NCBI GenBank assembly: GCA_963778805.1
Contig: CAVZVT010000005.1
Coordinates: 26,385-90,384, forward strand
Origin: an uncultured Chloroflexia bacterium
GTDB taxonomy: Bacteria; Chloroflexota; Limnocylindria; Limnocylindrales; CSP1-4
Direction of reading: 5' to 3'
Length of the DNA: 64,000 nucleotides
The first letter of the stretch is position 1, and each line of letters opens with the position of its first letter. Both the position numbers and the translations under genes were made by a program. Positions 39,806 to 49,325 of this stretch are shown piece by piece. The notes beneath the pieces are model-generated. The model was not told the origin of the DNA and ran no database searches. It saw only the letters and a list, made by a program, of their open reading frames with translations.

Positions 39806-40089
39806 CGCCGTTCGAGCCGACGGAGGAGCAGCGCGACGAGCTCGTCGAGCAGGTCGCCCGCGAGATCCAGCTGCGAGGCCTCACGGGGCCTGCGGTCCAC
39901 TTCCTTGAGGCCAGTCGTCCGTATCGGCCGCTCGGGGCCAACGCGATGCTCTTCTTCGATCCGGTCCTTCGTGGGCTGTTCGGCGGGGAATCGTCGTCGG
40001 CCAGCGAGATCCTTGCCGACGACATGGGCATCGAACAACTCATCATCCGGCTCGAGGAGCTCGACGACGAGGCGACCTGGGACGCGTGA
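39802..40089 (+). CDS. Hypothetical small acidic protein (95 aa)
   Basis: GTG 39802 overlaps the macro-gene stop (GTGA). VTPFEPTEEQRDELVEQVAREIQLRGLTGPAVHFLEASRPYRPLGANAMLFFDPVL...LEELDDEATWDA. Codon pattern is consistent with coding, and I recognise no family. Confidence 0.5.
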   Translation: MTPFEPTEEQRDELVEQVAREIQLRGLTGPAVHFLEASRPYRPLGANAMLFFDPVLRGLFGGESSSASEILADDMGIEQLIIRLEELDDEATWDA

Positions 40090-40105
40090 GGTCGCGCCGG
40101 CCGGG

Positions 40106-40111
40106 TAGCAT
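40106..40111 (+). promoter_or_regulatory. -10-like hexamer TAGCAT 6 nt upstream of GTG 40118 (possible leaderless start)
   Basis: Only AT-containing hexamer in the 28-nt spacer, with no SD. Confidence 0.25.
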
Positions 40112-40117
40112 GGCCCG

Positions 40118-41735
40118 GTGACCGGCGAACCGCGTGCCTTTCTGGCCATCGACCGTGGCGCCGCCACGTCCGGGGCCGCGCTCATCGGCCGAGTGGATGG
40201 ATCCTGGCGACTCCTTGGATCGGTGGCGTTGCCCGCGGCATCCGATGAGGACGCGCCCGTCCACTTCCTCCTGGCCCGCGTCGCGGCGGCCGACCCAGGT
40301 CTGACGCGCCGGCTCGGGATCGACCCCAGCGACGCCGGCAAGCTGCCGGCGGTGGCCGTCCGCTCGACGCCGCCCCGCCGTCTGGCCGTGGTCGCTGCCT
40401 CGGAGCGGGCGCTCGCGCCCCTGATCGCGGCCGCGGACCGAAGCGGTTGGCGCACCGTCGGGGCGAGTGCCGAGACGACCGACCCGCTCGCGATGACCAG
40501 CCTGCTCCTCGACGGGTCGATCGAAGGGATCCTCGCGGGGGCCGGCGATCCGCCCGGCGCAGATGAACGCGGCGCCATCGCCGAACTGACCGCCCTGGTC
40601 GCTGCGGCCGCTCGCCGACGACCGGAACGGCTCGTCGTCCTCGCCGGGGCGATGGCCGAGAACGCCTCGGCCTTCGGCGACCTGAACGCCCGTGAGGGCG
40701 AGACGCTGCTCGCGCCGGCGGCGCGGCTCGGGCCGGAAGGCGCGCCGCTGCGCGATCTGCTGACCGAATTGGCACTCCCGGCCGACGATGCGCGACGCGC
40801 GCTCGGCCCGGCCATCACGACCCTGGCGTCGGTGCTGGATCGCCGCGTGGAACTGGTCGAGATCGGGTTCGACGGTGGCCTGCGGGCCGTCGCCAGCCCG
40901 GGCAGCCCGAGCGAGGGTCCGCACGCGGACGTGGCGATCGTGCCGTCCGCCTGGCTCGCCCCGGCCGATCCCGATGACACGGCCGTGGACCGGGTGCTGG
41001 CCTGGACGACCGTACCCTCCGATCGCCACCGACTCCGGGATCGTCTCCGGGAACTCCGGATCGCGCCGTGGTCCGACCTGACCGGCGATGGCGCCGCCCT
41101 TCGGATGGCGGCAGCGCGCGCCGCCCTCAGCCGGCTTGCGGATGCGACACCCGAGTTCACGGCGCTTCCCGCCCCGGATCTCGTCGTCGCCGCCGGTGGC
41201 GTGTGGTCCATCGCGCCGGCTCCGGCCGTCGCCCTGGCCCTCGCGGATGTGCTGCGTCGCTCGGGCGCCTCAAGCCACGCGCTCGACCATGCCCGCCTGC
41301 TCGGTCCGTTGGGGTCGATCGCGGACGCCGAAGAGCGTCGTGCGGTCATCGCGGACCTCGCCGACGATCTCCTCGCCCCGCTCGGGAGCGTGGTGACGCC
41401 ATCCGGTCTTCGAACGGGTCGGAGCGTGGGGAGCCTGGTCGTCCATCGGCGCAGCGGACCGGCGTTCGAGCGCGCCCCGATCGACCTGATCCCGGGCGGC
41501 ATCGAGGTCGTGGACCTCCCGCCGGGTTCCAGTGCCACGGCCGAATTCCGGTTTCGGGACGCCGTCCGTCTCGGTGGTCGCGGTCGACACTTCGAGGTCG
41601 AGGTCATGGGTGGTCTGGCGGGTCTCGTCGTCGACCTGCGCGACGTCCCGATGCGGCTCCCCGATCGTGCCGATCGACGCCGGCGAGCTCCTCGACTCGT
41701 GGCAGACCGCGGTCGGCGGCGGGTCTCGCGCATGA
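40118..41735 (+). CDS. Hypothetical protein, weakly GlmL/MutL-like (ASKHA-fold?); preferred model ends at TGA 41733-41735 after a +1 frame change in the C-run 41659-41662
   Basis: N-terminus FLAIDRGAATSGAALIG resembles a degenerate ASKHA phosphate-1 motif, and a second half has ...LVVAAGGVWSIAP.... The ORF track shows it fused to the next gene as one 878-aa ORF 40118..42754 (see findings). Confidence 0.5.
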
Positions 41736-42754
41736 TCGCCGAGCCGATCCTCGATCTGGCGCTCGTGCCGGCCCGACAGCTGATCGAGTCGCCGGTGGAC
41801 GCGGTCTTCGCCCTCGCGCCGGGTGATCGAGCGCTGGTGGAGGCGGGCGCGTCGGTCGTGGTCGGCGCCCCGATCGCGGAGCAGCTTCGCGACCCTCGCC
41901 TCGAGGACAAATCGGTCTCGGAGCCGATCGAGCCGCGCCCGGGTGACCGCTGGCATCCGATGACGAGGACCGTCGCACCCGTCACGCCGGGTGGACCCCG
42001 CGGTGCCCCCGGCGGCGAGTATCTGTTCCCCTGGAAGTCCCGCTGGCGGGTCGCGACCGGCGACATCGTCGATCCGCTGGAGACGCCCGTCGCGGGGATC
42101 GTCCGCGATGTCCGGCCAGGGACCTCGATCACGATCCGCGCCGCCGGCCGGGGGATCCGCGGGATCGTCGCGCTCGGGGGTCCGACCCGCGGTCGGGTGA
42201 CGATGGCCGCGGGACCAGAAGGCGGTCTCCGACCCGGCGCCCTCGACGTCGGGATGGCCGGAGCGATCCTCGTGGTCGATGCACGCGTCGATGCCGAGAC
42301 GCTCACCCGCGCCCGCGCGATGGGCGTCCGCGGCATCGTGGTGGCCGGGCTGGCGAGCAAGGAACGACGGGACTTCCTCGCGTCGGAGGCCCGACAACGT
42401 GCGGCGCTGCACCGTCTGCCGCCGTATGCGGTCCTCGTGATGGACGGCGCGACCCGGCGCCCCATGGCGGGACCGATCATGACCCTGCTCGCAGCGATGA
42501 CCGGGCTGGAAGTGGCGATCGTGAGCGATCCGCCGATGCTGGTCTTCGACCATCCCGGGTTGACGCTCCCGACGCCGATCCCGCAGCAGGTCCGGATCCG
42601 CGCCGGGTCGTTGAGTGGTCAGGAGGCGCTGTGGCTGGGGGCCGCGGGTCGTCGACGCTTCGCGGGTGGCGTGGACCTCGAGGCAGGTCACGTGCGCTTG
42701 AGCGACGGCAGCACCGTGGCCATCCCACTCGGTGACCTCGAGCGGTTCGTCTGA
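41732..42754 (+). CDS. Hypothetical protein (340 aa) of unknown function; alternatively the C-terminal half of a fused 878-aa protein
   Basis: ATG 41732 forms ATGA with the frame-0 stop of the upstream reading. MIAEPILDLALVPARQLIESPVD...VAGIVRDVRPGTSITIRAAGRGIRG...GVRGIVVAGLASKERRDFL... Confidence 0.5.
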   Translation: MIAEPILDLALVPARQLIESPVDAVFALAPGDRALVEAGASVVVGAPIAEQLRDPRLEDKSVSEPIEPRPGDRWHPMTRTVAPVTPGGPRGAPGGEYLFPWKSRWRVATGDIVDPLETPVAGIVRDVRPGTSITIRAAGRGIRGIVALGGPTRGRVTMAAGPEGGLRPGALDVGMAGAILVVDARVDAETLTRARAMGVRGIVVAGLASKERRDFLASEARQRAALHRLPPYAVLVMDGATRRPMAGPIMTLLAAMTGLEVAIVSDPPMLVFDHPGLTLPTPIPQQVRIRAGSLSGQEALWLGAAGRRRFAGGVDLEAGHVRLSDGSTVAIPLGDLERFV

Positions 42755-42795
42755 AGGTCGCGGCGGCCGCCGGCTCCTTCCGCTACGCTCGCCGG

Positions 42796-43269
42796 GTGTC
42801 GCCGACCACTTCGAGGACCCGCCGGATCACGTCGCCCAGCCCTGACGCCACCTCGGCGCTCGGTCGCTCGCTCGGGGCGATGGCCCGACCCGGCGACCTC
42901 ATCTGCCTGTGGGGCGATCTGGGCGCCGGCAAGACGCACCTCGCCAAGGCGTTCGGGGTGGGTCTTGGCGTGACCGCCACGATCACCTCGCCGAGCTTCG
43001 TCCTGATGGCGGAGTACGAGGGCCGGCTGCCGCTCTTCCACGTCGACCTGTATCGACTCGGCGATGCGACCGAGGTCGTCGGTGGTGGGTTGCTCGACGA
43101 CCGATGGGCCGCTGGCGTGACCTTGATCGAATGGCCCGACCGGATGGGCGAAGCCCTGCCGCCCGACCGACTGGACATCGCGATCGCCGACGCTGGCGAG
43201 GACCGTCGAGACATCGTGCTCACCGCCCGCGACGACCGCCACGCCGCCTACCTGGACGCCGTCCCGTGA
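42796..43269 (+). CDS. tsaE: tRNA t6A37 biosynthesis ATPase TsaE
   Basis: 157 aa. P-loop GDLGAGKTHLAKAF. ...HVDLYRL... Confidence 0.9.
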   Translation: MSPTTSRTRRITSPSPDATSALGRSLGAMARPGDLICLWGDLGAGKTHLAKAFGVGLGVTATITSPSFVLMAEYEGRLPLFHVDLYRLGDATEVVGGGLLDDRWAAGVTLIEWPDRMGEALPPDRLDIAIADAGEDRRDIVLTARDDRHAAYLDAVP

Positions 43270-43949
43270 GCGACGGCGTCATCCTCGCCTTCGACACCGC
43301 GACGACCCGCATCGTCGTCGCGACCGGATCCCTCGATGGGCAGCCGCTCGCGAGCGTCGATTGGCCGGCAGGCTATCGCCACGGCGAGACGCTGCTCCCC
43401 GCGATCGAGCGGCTGCTCGCGGACTCCATGCTGGACCGGAGCTCGATCGCGGCGGTCGTGGTCGGCATCGGACCCGGCGCGTTCACCGGACTGCGGGTGG
43501 GTCTCGCCACGGCCAAGGCGCTCGCGCACGGTCTGGACCGACCGATCGTCGGTGTCCCGACCGGCCAGGCCCTGCTGGAGGCGGCGGCGCGCGACGCTGG
43601 AGTCGATGTGTCGCGGATCACCCTCCTGTTGCCAGCCGGACCCTCCGAGCGGATCGTCGTTCGTGCTGGCGTGTCGCCCGAGCTGGTCCCGACCGGCACC
43701 GGCCCGGAGGTCGGCGACGATGCGATCGAGGTGGCGGTCGACCTTGGGGATCGGGCGAGCGCCGAGGCCGGCGAACGCGGCGAACGGGCTCGAGCCGGTC
43801 TGTCGACGGCGCTGCTCGCGATCGGGGCGGCGAGGCTCGCGGCCGGCGACCCGGACGATCTGGACACGCTCGTCCCGGTGTACGTCACGCTGCCGCGCGG
43901 CGCGGCACCCGCCAGCGGGGAGGTCGAATGGTCGCGCGACCACCGCTGA
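43266..43949 (+). CDS. tsaB: tRNA t6A37 biosynthesis protein TsaB
   Basis: GTGA overlap with tsaE. VSDGVILAFDTATTRIVVA...VVVGIGPGAFTGLRVGLATAKALA... Confidence 0.9.
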   Translation: MSDGVILAFDTATTRIVVATGSLDGQPLASVDWPAGYRHGETLLPAIERLLADSMLDRSSIAAVVVGIGPGAFTGLRVGLATAKALAHGLDRPIVGVPTGQALLEAAARDAGVDVSRITLLLPAGPSERIVVRAGVSPELVPTGTGPEVGDDAIEVAVDLGDRASAEAGERGERARAGLSTALLAIGAARLAAGDPDDLDTLVPVYVTLPRGAAPASGEVEWSRDHR

Positions 43950-44497
43950 GGGTGCGGATCGAGCCGATGCGCATCGAGGACCTCGATGTCGTCCACGCGA
44001 TCGAGCACGCCAGCTTCTCGTCACCATGGCCGGCGAATGCCTATCGAAGCGAGCTCGAGACGAACCGTCTGGCGTCGTATCTCGTCGCGCGTGCCGACGA
44101 CGAGATCATCGGCTACGGCGGGATGTGGCTGATGGTCGACGAGGCGCACATCACGACGTTCGCGATCCACCCGTCGTGGCGACGGCAACGGATCGGCGAG
44201 CGACTGCTCCTCGCGCTCCTCGACCTCGCGATCGGTCGCCACGCCCGGGAGGCGACGCTCGAGGTTCGCCTCTCGAACCTGCCGGCGCGCCGTCTGTACG
44301 AGAAGTACGGTTTTCGGCCCGTGGGTCTGCGGCCGCGCTACTACAGCGACGACCACGAGGACGCGCTCATCATGACCACCGAATCGTTGGCCGAGACCGC
44401 GATGGTCGAACGGATGGCCCGTCTGCGCGCCGCGCTCGACGCCGCGCCGGCACCGGTCCGCCCCGAGCTGACCGCGAGCCCTGGGGACGAAGCGTGA
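43928..44497 (+). CDS. rimI: Ribosomal-protein-alanine N-acetyltransferase
   Basis: ...IEPMRIEDLDVVHAIEHASFSSPWP...IHPSWRRQRIGERLL...LEVRLSNLPARRLYEKYGF. The start is uncertain (ATG 43928 or 43967). Confidence 0.85.
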   Translation: MVARPPLRVRIEPMRIEDLDVVHAIEHASFSSPWPANAYRSELETNRLASYLVARADDEIIGYGGMWLMVDEAHITTFAIHPSWRRQRIGERLLLALLDLAIGRHAREATLEVRLSNLPARRLYEKYGFRPVGLRPRYYSDDHEDALIMTTESLAETAMVERMARLRAALDAAPAPVRPELTASPGDEA

Positions 44498-45562
44498 GCG
44501 GGCCGCTGCTCCTGGCGATCGAAATCTTCCTGCGACGAGACGGGCATCGCCCTGATCGAGGGCGGTCGGACCATCGTGAGCAACGTCGTCGCGTCGCAGG
44601 TGGCCCTCCATGCCGGCTCGGGCGGCATCGTCCCCGAGGTCGCGGCCCGCGCCCATCTCCGCTGGATCATGCCGGCCCTCGATCAGGCATGGTCGGATGC
44701 CGGCGCGTCCTGGTCCGATATCGATGCCGTGGCGGTCACCTACGGGCCGGGTCTCGCGGGCTCGCTGCTCGTGGGGATCAACGTGGCCAAGACGCTCGCC
44801 TGGGTGCACGACCGGCCGTTGATCGGCGTGAACCACCTCGAGGGTCACGTCTACGCCGCGTGGCTGACCGACGAGGCCGCGTCCGCCGACATCGAAGGCC
44901 CGGTCTTCCCCCTCGTCGCCCTGGTCGTCTCCGGTGGCCACACATTCCTCGTGGAGATGCGCGATCACCTGACCTACCGACTGCTCGGTGCGACCGTCGA
45001 CGACGCCGCCGGCGAGGCCTTCGACAAGGTCGGCCGCCTCCTGGGGCTCGGCTATCCCGGTGGGCCGGCGATCGCTCGCGCCGCCGAGGCCGCGACCGCG
45101 CGTGACCGCGTCTTTCCTCGAGCGTGGCTTGGCGACAGCTTCGACTTCAGTTTCTCCGGACTCAAGACCGCAGCCCGCCGCATCGTCACCGCGGCTCGAG
45201 TGGAGGCCGGGATCGGCGACGATCCGGCCGTGCCGCTCCCCGAAGCGAGCGTCGCCGAACTCGCGTGGGGGTTCCAGGATGCCGTCGTCGACGTCCTGGT
45301 CACCAAGACCATCCGGGCGGCTCGCGCCCATGGCGCCCGATCGATCGTGCTGGGCGGCGGCGTAGCAGCGAACACGGCGCTCCGCTCGAGGCTGGCCGGG
45401 GAGGCCGAGGCCATGGGTCTGCCGTTGATCGTGCCGCGTCCGAGTCTGTGCACGGACAACGGGGCGATGATCGGCGCCGCCGGTGCGCGGCGGTTCCTGG
45501 CGGGGGAGCGGGCGGGTCTTGACCTGGATGCGCGACCATCCCTGCCGCTCGCCACCCGATGA
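44494..45562 (+). CDS. tsaD: tRNA N6-adenosine threonylcarbamoyltransferase TsaD (one surplus base near 44524 as sequenced)
   Basis: GTG 44494 (GTGA with the rimI stop) gives VSGPLLLAIE in frame 1. SSCDETGIALIEGGRTIVSNVVASQ...GIVPEVAARAHL...YGPGLAGSLLVG...VSGGHT... is in frame 2. Confidence 0.92.
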
Positions 45563-46440
45563 CCCCGACGCCCCAGCCGCACCTGGACCCGGCGGACGTC
45601 CGCGCCACCCTGCGAGCCGCGGGCCTGCGGCCGCGCCACCGTCTCTCGCAGAACTTCCTCGCCGACGTCGATGTCCTCGAGTCCATCCTCGCCGAGGCCG
45701 GACCCATCCCGGGGGGTCGAGTCCTCGAGATCGGTCCGGGGCTCGGTCTGCTGACGGGCGGTCTGCTGGCCGCCGGCTCGATCGTGACCGCGGTGGAGCT
45801 CGATCGCGGGTTGGCGACGTTCCTCCGCGATCGGTTCGCCGGACCGATCGAGACCGGCGCGCTCACCTTGATCGAGGGCGACGCCCTCGATCAGGTCCTC
45901 GTCGAGCTCGTCGAGCCGCCGTACGACGTGGTGGCGAACCTGCCGTACCACATCACGAGCCCGATCCTTCACGCGCTCCTCGGGACGCCGCCACGCCCCG
46001 AACGCCTCGTGCTGATGGTCCAGCGTGAGGTGGCCGAGCGGATCGCCGCCCCACCCGGGAAGATGAGTTACCTCTCGGTCTTCGTGCAGTACCACGCGAG
46101 GGTCCGGATCGCGATCGCCGTCCACCCCGACAGCTTCGAGCCCGAGCCTGCGGTCGAATCGGCGGTCATCGTCGTGGAGCCGTTCGAGGCGGACGATCGA
46201 CTCGGTCCCGAAGCGGAGGACGAGCTGTGGCGGCTGGTCCAGGCGAGCTTCCGCGAGCGCCGCAAGATGATCCACAACGTGCTCGTCCGGCAACTCCCGC
46301 TCGAGCCGGCCCGCCTGGAGGCGGCGCTCGCGAGCGTGGGCATCGATCCGGACCGACGTCCCCAGACGCTGGCCGTCGGTGAGTGGCTGGCGCTTCGAGA
46401 AGCCCTGACCCCGATCGGCCCGGACCGACGCGGATCATGA
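45559..46440 (+). CDS. rsmA: 16S rRNA (adenine1518/1519-N6)-dimethyltransferase
   Basis: 293 aa. ...RHRLSQNFL...VLEIGPGLGLLT...VANLPYHITSPIL... Confidence 0.93.
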   Translation: MTPTPQPHLDPADVRATLRAAGLRPRHRLSQNFLADVDVLESILAEAGPIPGGRVLEIGPGLGLLTGGLLAAGSIVTAVELDRGLATFLRDRFAGPIETGALTLIEGDALDQVLVELVEPPYDVVANLPYHITSPILHALLGTPPRPERLVLMVQREVAERIAAPPGKMSYLSVFVQYHARVRIAIAVHPDSFEPEPAVESAVIVVEPFEADDRLGPEAEDELWRLVQASFRERRKMIHNVLVRQLPLEPARLEAALASVGIDPDRRPQTLAVGEWLALREALTPIGPDRRGS

Positions 46441-47444
46441 GCCTGCCGTCGGACCCGACGCGTCGACTGACCCCGGTCGTGCGTCTCGCCCCGGCCAAGC
46501 TCAACCTGACGCTCGCCGTCGTCGGATCACGCCCCGACGGGTTCCACGAGCTCCACTCGGTCTTCGTGCCGCTCGCGTTGGTCGATCGGCTGAGTCTCGC
46601 CGCCAGCGGCACGACGCAGGACACGCTCCACGTCCACGGTCTCGACGCCGGCCGCATCGAGGAGAACGTGGTCCTTCGAGCGATCGCGGCGACCCGGGCC
46701 GCGGTCGGCGGATCCTGGCCGGGCGGACCGGCCGGTGCGCCGGCGTTGTCGGTCCGACTCGAGAAGCGGATCCCGGTCGCGGCCGGTCTCGCCGGCGGCT
46801 CGTCGGACGCCGCCGCGACGATCGATGGCGCGCTCGAGGCGTGGGCGACGACCCTCGACCCTGACACGCTGCGGGCCGTGGCCGCGGGCATCGGGTCGGA
46901 TGTGCCGTTCTTCGCGGTCGGCGGCCCCGCCCTGATCGAGGGCCGCGGCGAACACGTGACGCCACTCCCCGGGCTTCGGGGTCAGCCCGGGGTCCTGCTC
47001 GTGACGCCGGCGGTCGGCATCGCGACGCGTGACGTGTTCGCGGTCTTCGACGGGCTCGGCTCGAGGGGCGACCCGTCCGTCCGCCTGTCCTCGACCCATC
47101 TCGCCAAGGAACTCACGACCGGTCTGGCCGCCGGGGACCTGGTCGCACGGGCCGGCGCCCTGGCCATGGCCAACGATCTGTTGCCGGCCGCGGCGGCGGT
47201 GATGCCCACGCTCGTGCCCTTCCGGCGTGCCCTGAGTCGCCACCTCGGACGGCCGATCGGGCTATCGGGCTCCGGGCCGACCCTATGGGCGCTCTATGCT
47301 TCGGGTGCGGAGGCCGAGTCGGCCGCGGACACGGTGCGTGCCGCGGTCGCCGACGGATCCCTGGCCTCACCGGGCGGGTCCGCGCCGTCGATCATCGCGA
47401 CGACCATCGTGACGCACCACATCGAAGGGGAGTCCAGCACATGA
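46437..47444 (+). CDS. ispE: 4-diphosphocytidyl-2-C-methyl-D-erythritol kinase
   Basis: ATGA overlap. ...APAKLNLTLAVVG.RPDGFHEL.SVF... with GHMP motif PVAAGLAGGSSDAAA. Confidence 0.9.
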   Translation: MSLPSDPTRRLTPVVRLAPAKLNLTLAVVGSRPDGFHELHSVFVPLALVDRLSLAASGTTQDTLHVHGLDAGRIEENVVLRAIAATRAAVGGSWPGGPAGAPALSVRLEKRIPVAAGLAGGSSDAAATIDGALEAWATTLDPDTLRAVAAGIGSDVPFFAVGGPALIEGRGEHVTPLPGLRGQPGVLLVTPAVGIATRDVFAVFDGLGSRGDPSVRLSSTHLAKELTTGLAAGDLVARAGALAMANDLLPAAAAVMPTLVPFRRALSRHLGRPIGLSGSGPTLWALYASGAEAESAADTVRAAVADGSLASPGGSAPSIIATTIVTHHIEGESST

Positions 47445-47833
47445 CGCGAACGGCGATCTCCACCACGGCCGCACCGGCGGCACTCGGGCCGTACAGCCAG
47501 GCCATCGTCGCGGGCGACTTCGTGTTCTGCGCCGGCCAGGGCTCGATCGATCCGGCGTCCGGCGAGCTCCGTCCAGGCACCATCGAGGAAGAGACGCTCC
47601 TCACGCTCCAGAACGTCGGCGGGTTGCTCGCGGCGGCCGGCGTCGGCTTCGCGGACGTGGTCAAGACGACCGTGTTCCTCGCCGACATCGGCGACTTCGC
47701 GGCCATGAACGGCGTGTACGCCACGTTCTTCCCGGACCCGCCGCCGGCCCGCTCCACGGTCGAGGTCGCGGCGCTGCCAAAGGGGTTCAAGGTCGAGGTC
47801 GAGGTCGTCGCCTACCGCTCGCCGGTCGGTTGA
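47441..47833 (+). CDS. ridA: RidA family reactive-intermediate deaminase
   Basis: ATGA overlap. 130 aa. ...GPYSQAIVAGDFVFCAGQGSIDP...VKTTVFLADIGDFAAMNGVY...PARSTVEVAALPKG..VEVEVVA. Confidence 0.9.
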   Translation: MTRTAISTTAAPAALGPYSQAIVAGDFVFCAGQGSIDPASGELRPGTIEEETLLTLQNVGGLLAAAGVGFADVVKTTVFLADIGDFAAMNGVYATFFPDPPPARSTVEVAALPKGFKVEVEVVAYRSPVG

Positions 47834-47912
47834 CACCCCGAATGGGGCACCCATACCATGCCGGCACCCGACCGATGACATCCGACCGACACGCGCCGGG
47901 CTCGACCGCGTC

Positions 47913-49325
47913 GTGAGCCCTCCAGACCCGACACCTTCGACCGCGACGGTCGCTGTGGTGCTGGCCGCCGGTCTCGGGACGAGGATGCGCTCGACGCGAC
48001 CCAAGGTGCTCCACGAGCTATGCGGTCGCCCGATGCTGGCCTACGTGCTCGATGCGTGGGCCTCCACCGCCGATGGCGCGGCCGGCCCGCCACCGATCGT
48101 GGTCTACTCGACGACCGTCGCGGAGGTGGCCACGGCCGTCGCCGACCGGGCGACGTGCGTCCTCCAGGCCGAGCCGCGCGGCACCGGTGATGCGGTCACG
48201 GTCGCGCTCACGGGCGTTCCCGAGGACGCCACGGAGATCCTGGTTGCCTACGGCGACGTGCCGCTGATGACCGGTTCGGATCTCGACGAGGTCCTCGAGG
48301 CTCGACGGGCGGATGGGGCAGCCATCGCGCTCGCGAGCGTCTTCGCGGCGGATCCGGCATCGCTCGGTCGGGTCATCCGGGGCGAGTTCGGGACCGTGGA
48401 GCGCATCGTCGAAGCCAACGATGCCACGCCCGAGGAGCTCGAGACCAACGAGACCAACGCGGGCCTGTATGCCTTCGATGCCGCCTGGTTGCGCCGCCGG
48501 ATCGGGTCGCTGACACCCTCGGCCGCGACCGGCGAGCTGTATCTCACCGACCTGGTCCGGCTGGCCCGCGACGACGGGCGGATCGTGGCGGCCGTGACCT
48601 TCGAGGACGACGGTCGCTTCGAAGGGATCAACGACCGAAGCCAGCTCGCGGCCGCCGAGTGGAGCCTCCGCGTCCGACTCAACGAGGCGCACATGGAAGC
48701 GGGCGTGACGATGCGCGACCCGTCCACCGTGTACCTCGACTGGACGGTGGATCTCGCGCCCGACGTCACCATCGAGCCCAACGTCATCCTGCGCGGGGCG
48801 ACCCGTGTCGGTGCCGGCTCGGTGATCGGCGCGGGCAGCCAGCTCATCGATACGACGGTGGGGGAGCGCGCCAGCGTGTGGGCCAGCATCGCCGAAGGCT
48901 CGATCATCGAGGACGAGGCGACCGTCGGGCCGTACAGCCATCTCCGGCGCGGGACGGTCATCGGCCGCGGCGCGGAGGTCGGCAACTACGCGGAGCTGAA
49001 GAACACGCGGCTCGGCGCCCGATCGAAGCAGCACCACGCGAGCTACCTCGGCGATGCCGAGGTCGGCGAGGGCGTGAACATCGGGGCCGGCACCATCACC
49101 GCCAACTACGACGGCACGAGCAAGCACGCCACGACCATCGGCGCCGGCGCCTTCATCGGGGTCGACACGATGCTCATCGCGCCGCTCGAGGTCGGGGATG
49201 GCGCACGGACCGGCGCGGGAGCCGTGGTCACGCGCGATGTCCCTGCGGGCAAGCTCGCCGTCGGGATCCCCGCGCGGATCCGTGAGCCGCGACCCAAACC
49301 CGCTCCGGGGGATCCGTCCGCGTGA
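47913..49325 (+). CDS. glmU: Bifunctional UDP-N-acetylglucosamine pyrophosphorylase / GlcN-1-P acetyltransferase
   Basis: 470 aa. N-terminal VLAAGLGTRMRS..PKVLH and C-terminal left-handed beta-helix hexapeptide repeats. Confidence 0.93.
   Translation: MSPPDPTPSTATVAVVLAAGLGTRMRSTRPKVLHELCGRPMLAYVLDAWASTADGAAGPPPIVVYSTTVAEVATAVADRATCVLQAEPRGTGDAVTVALTGVPEDATEILVAYGDVPLMTGSDLDEVLEARRADGAAIALASVFAADPASLGRVIRGEFGTVERIVEANDATPEELETNETNAGLYAFDAAWLRRRIGSLTPSAATGELYLTDLVRLARDDGRIVAAVTFEDDGRFEGINDRSQLAAAEWSLRVRLNEAHMEAGVTMRDPSTVYLDWTVDLAPDVTIEPNVILRGATRVGAGSVIGAGSQLIDTTVGERASVWASIAEGSIIEDEATVGPYSHLRRGTVIGRGAEVGNYAELKNTRLGARSKQHHASYLGDAEVGEGVNIGAGTITANYDGTSKHATTIGAGAFIGVDTMLIAPLEVGDGARTGAGAVVTRDVPAGKLAVGIPARIREPRPKPAPGDPSA

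Noticed and set aside
39275-40089. The macro-domain protein plus the overlapping small ORF as a DarT/DarG-like toxin-antitoxin pair, in the slot where mazEF sits after alr in Bacillus.
   Set aside because: The macro protein is a short stand-alone MacroD/YmdB-like enzyme without the DarG C-terminal antitoxin domain. The partner lies downstream, is acidic, and has none of the features I associate with DarT-type ADP-ribosyltransferases. The pair is kept only as part of the uncharacterised block finding.
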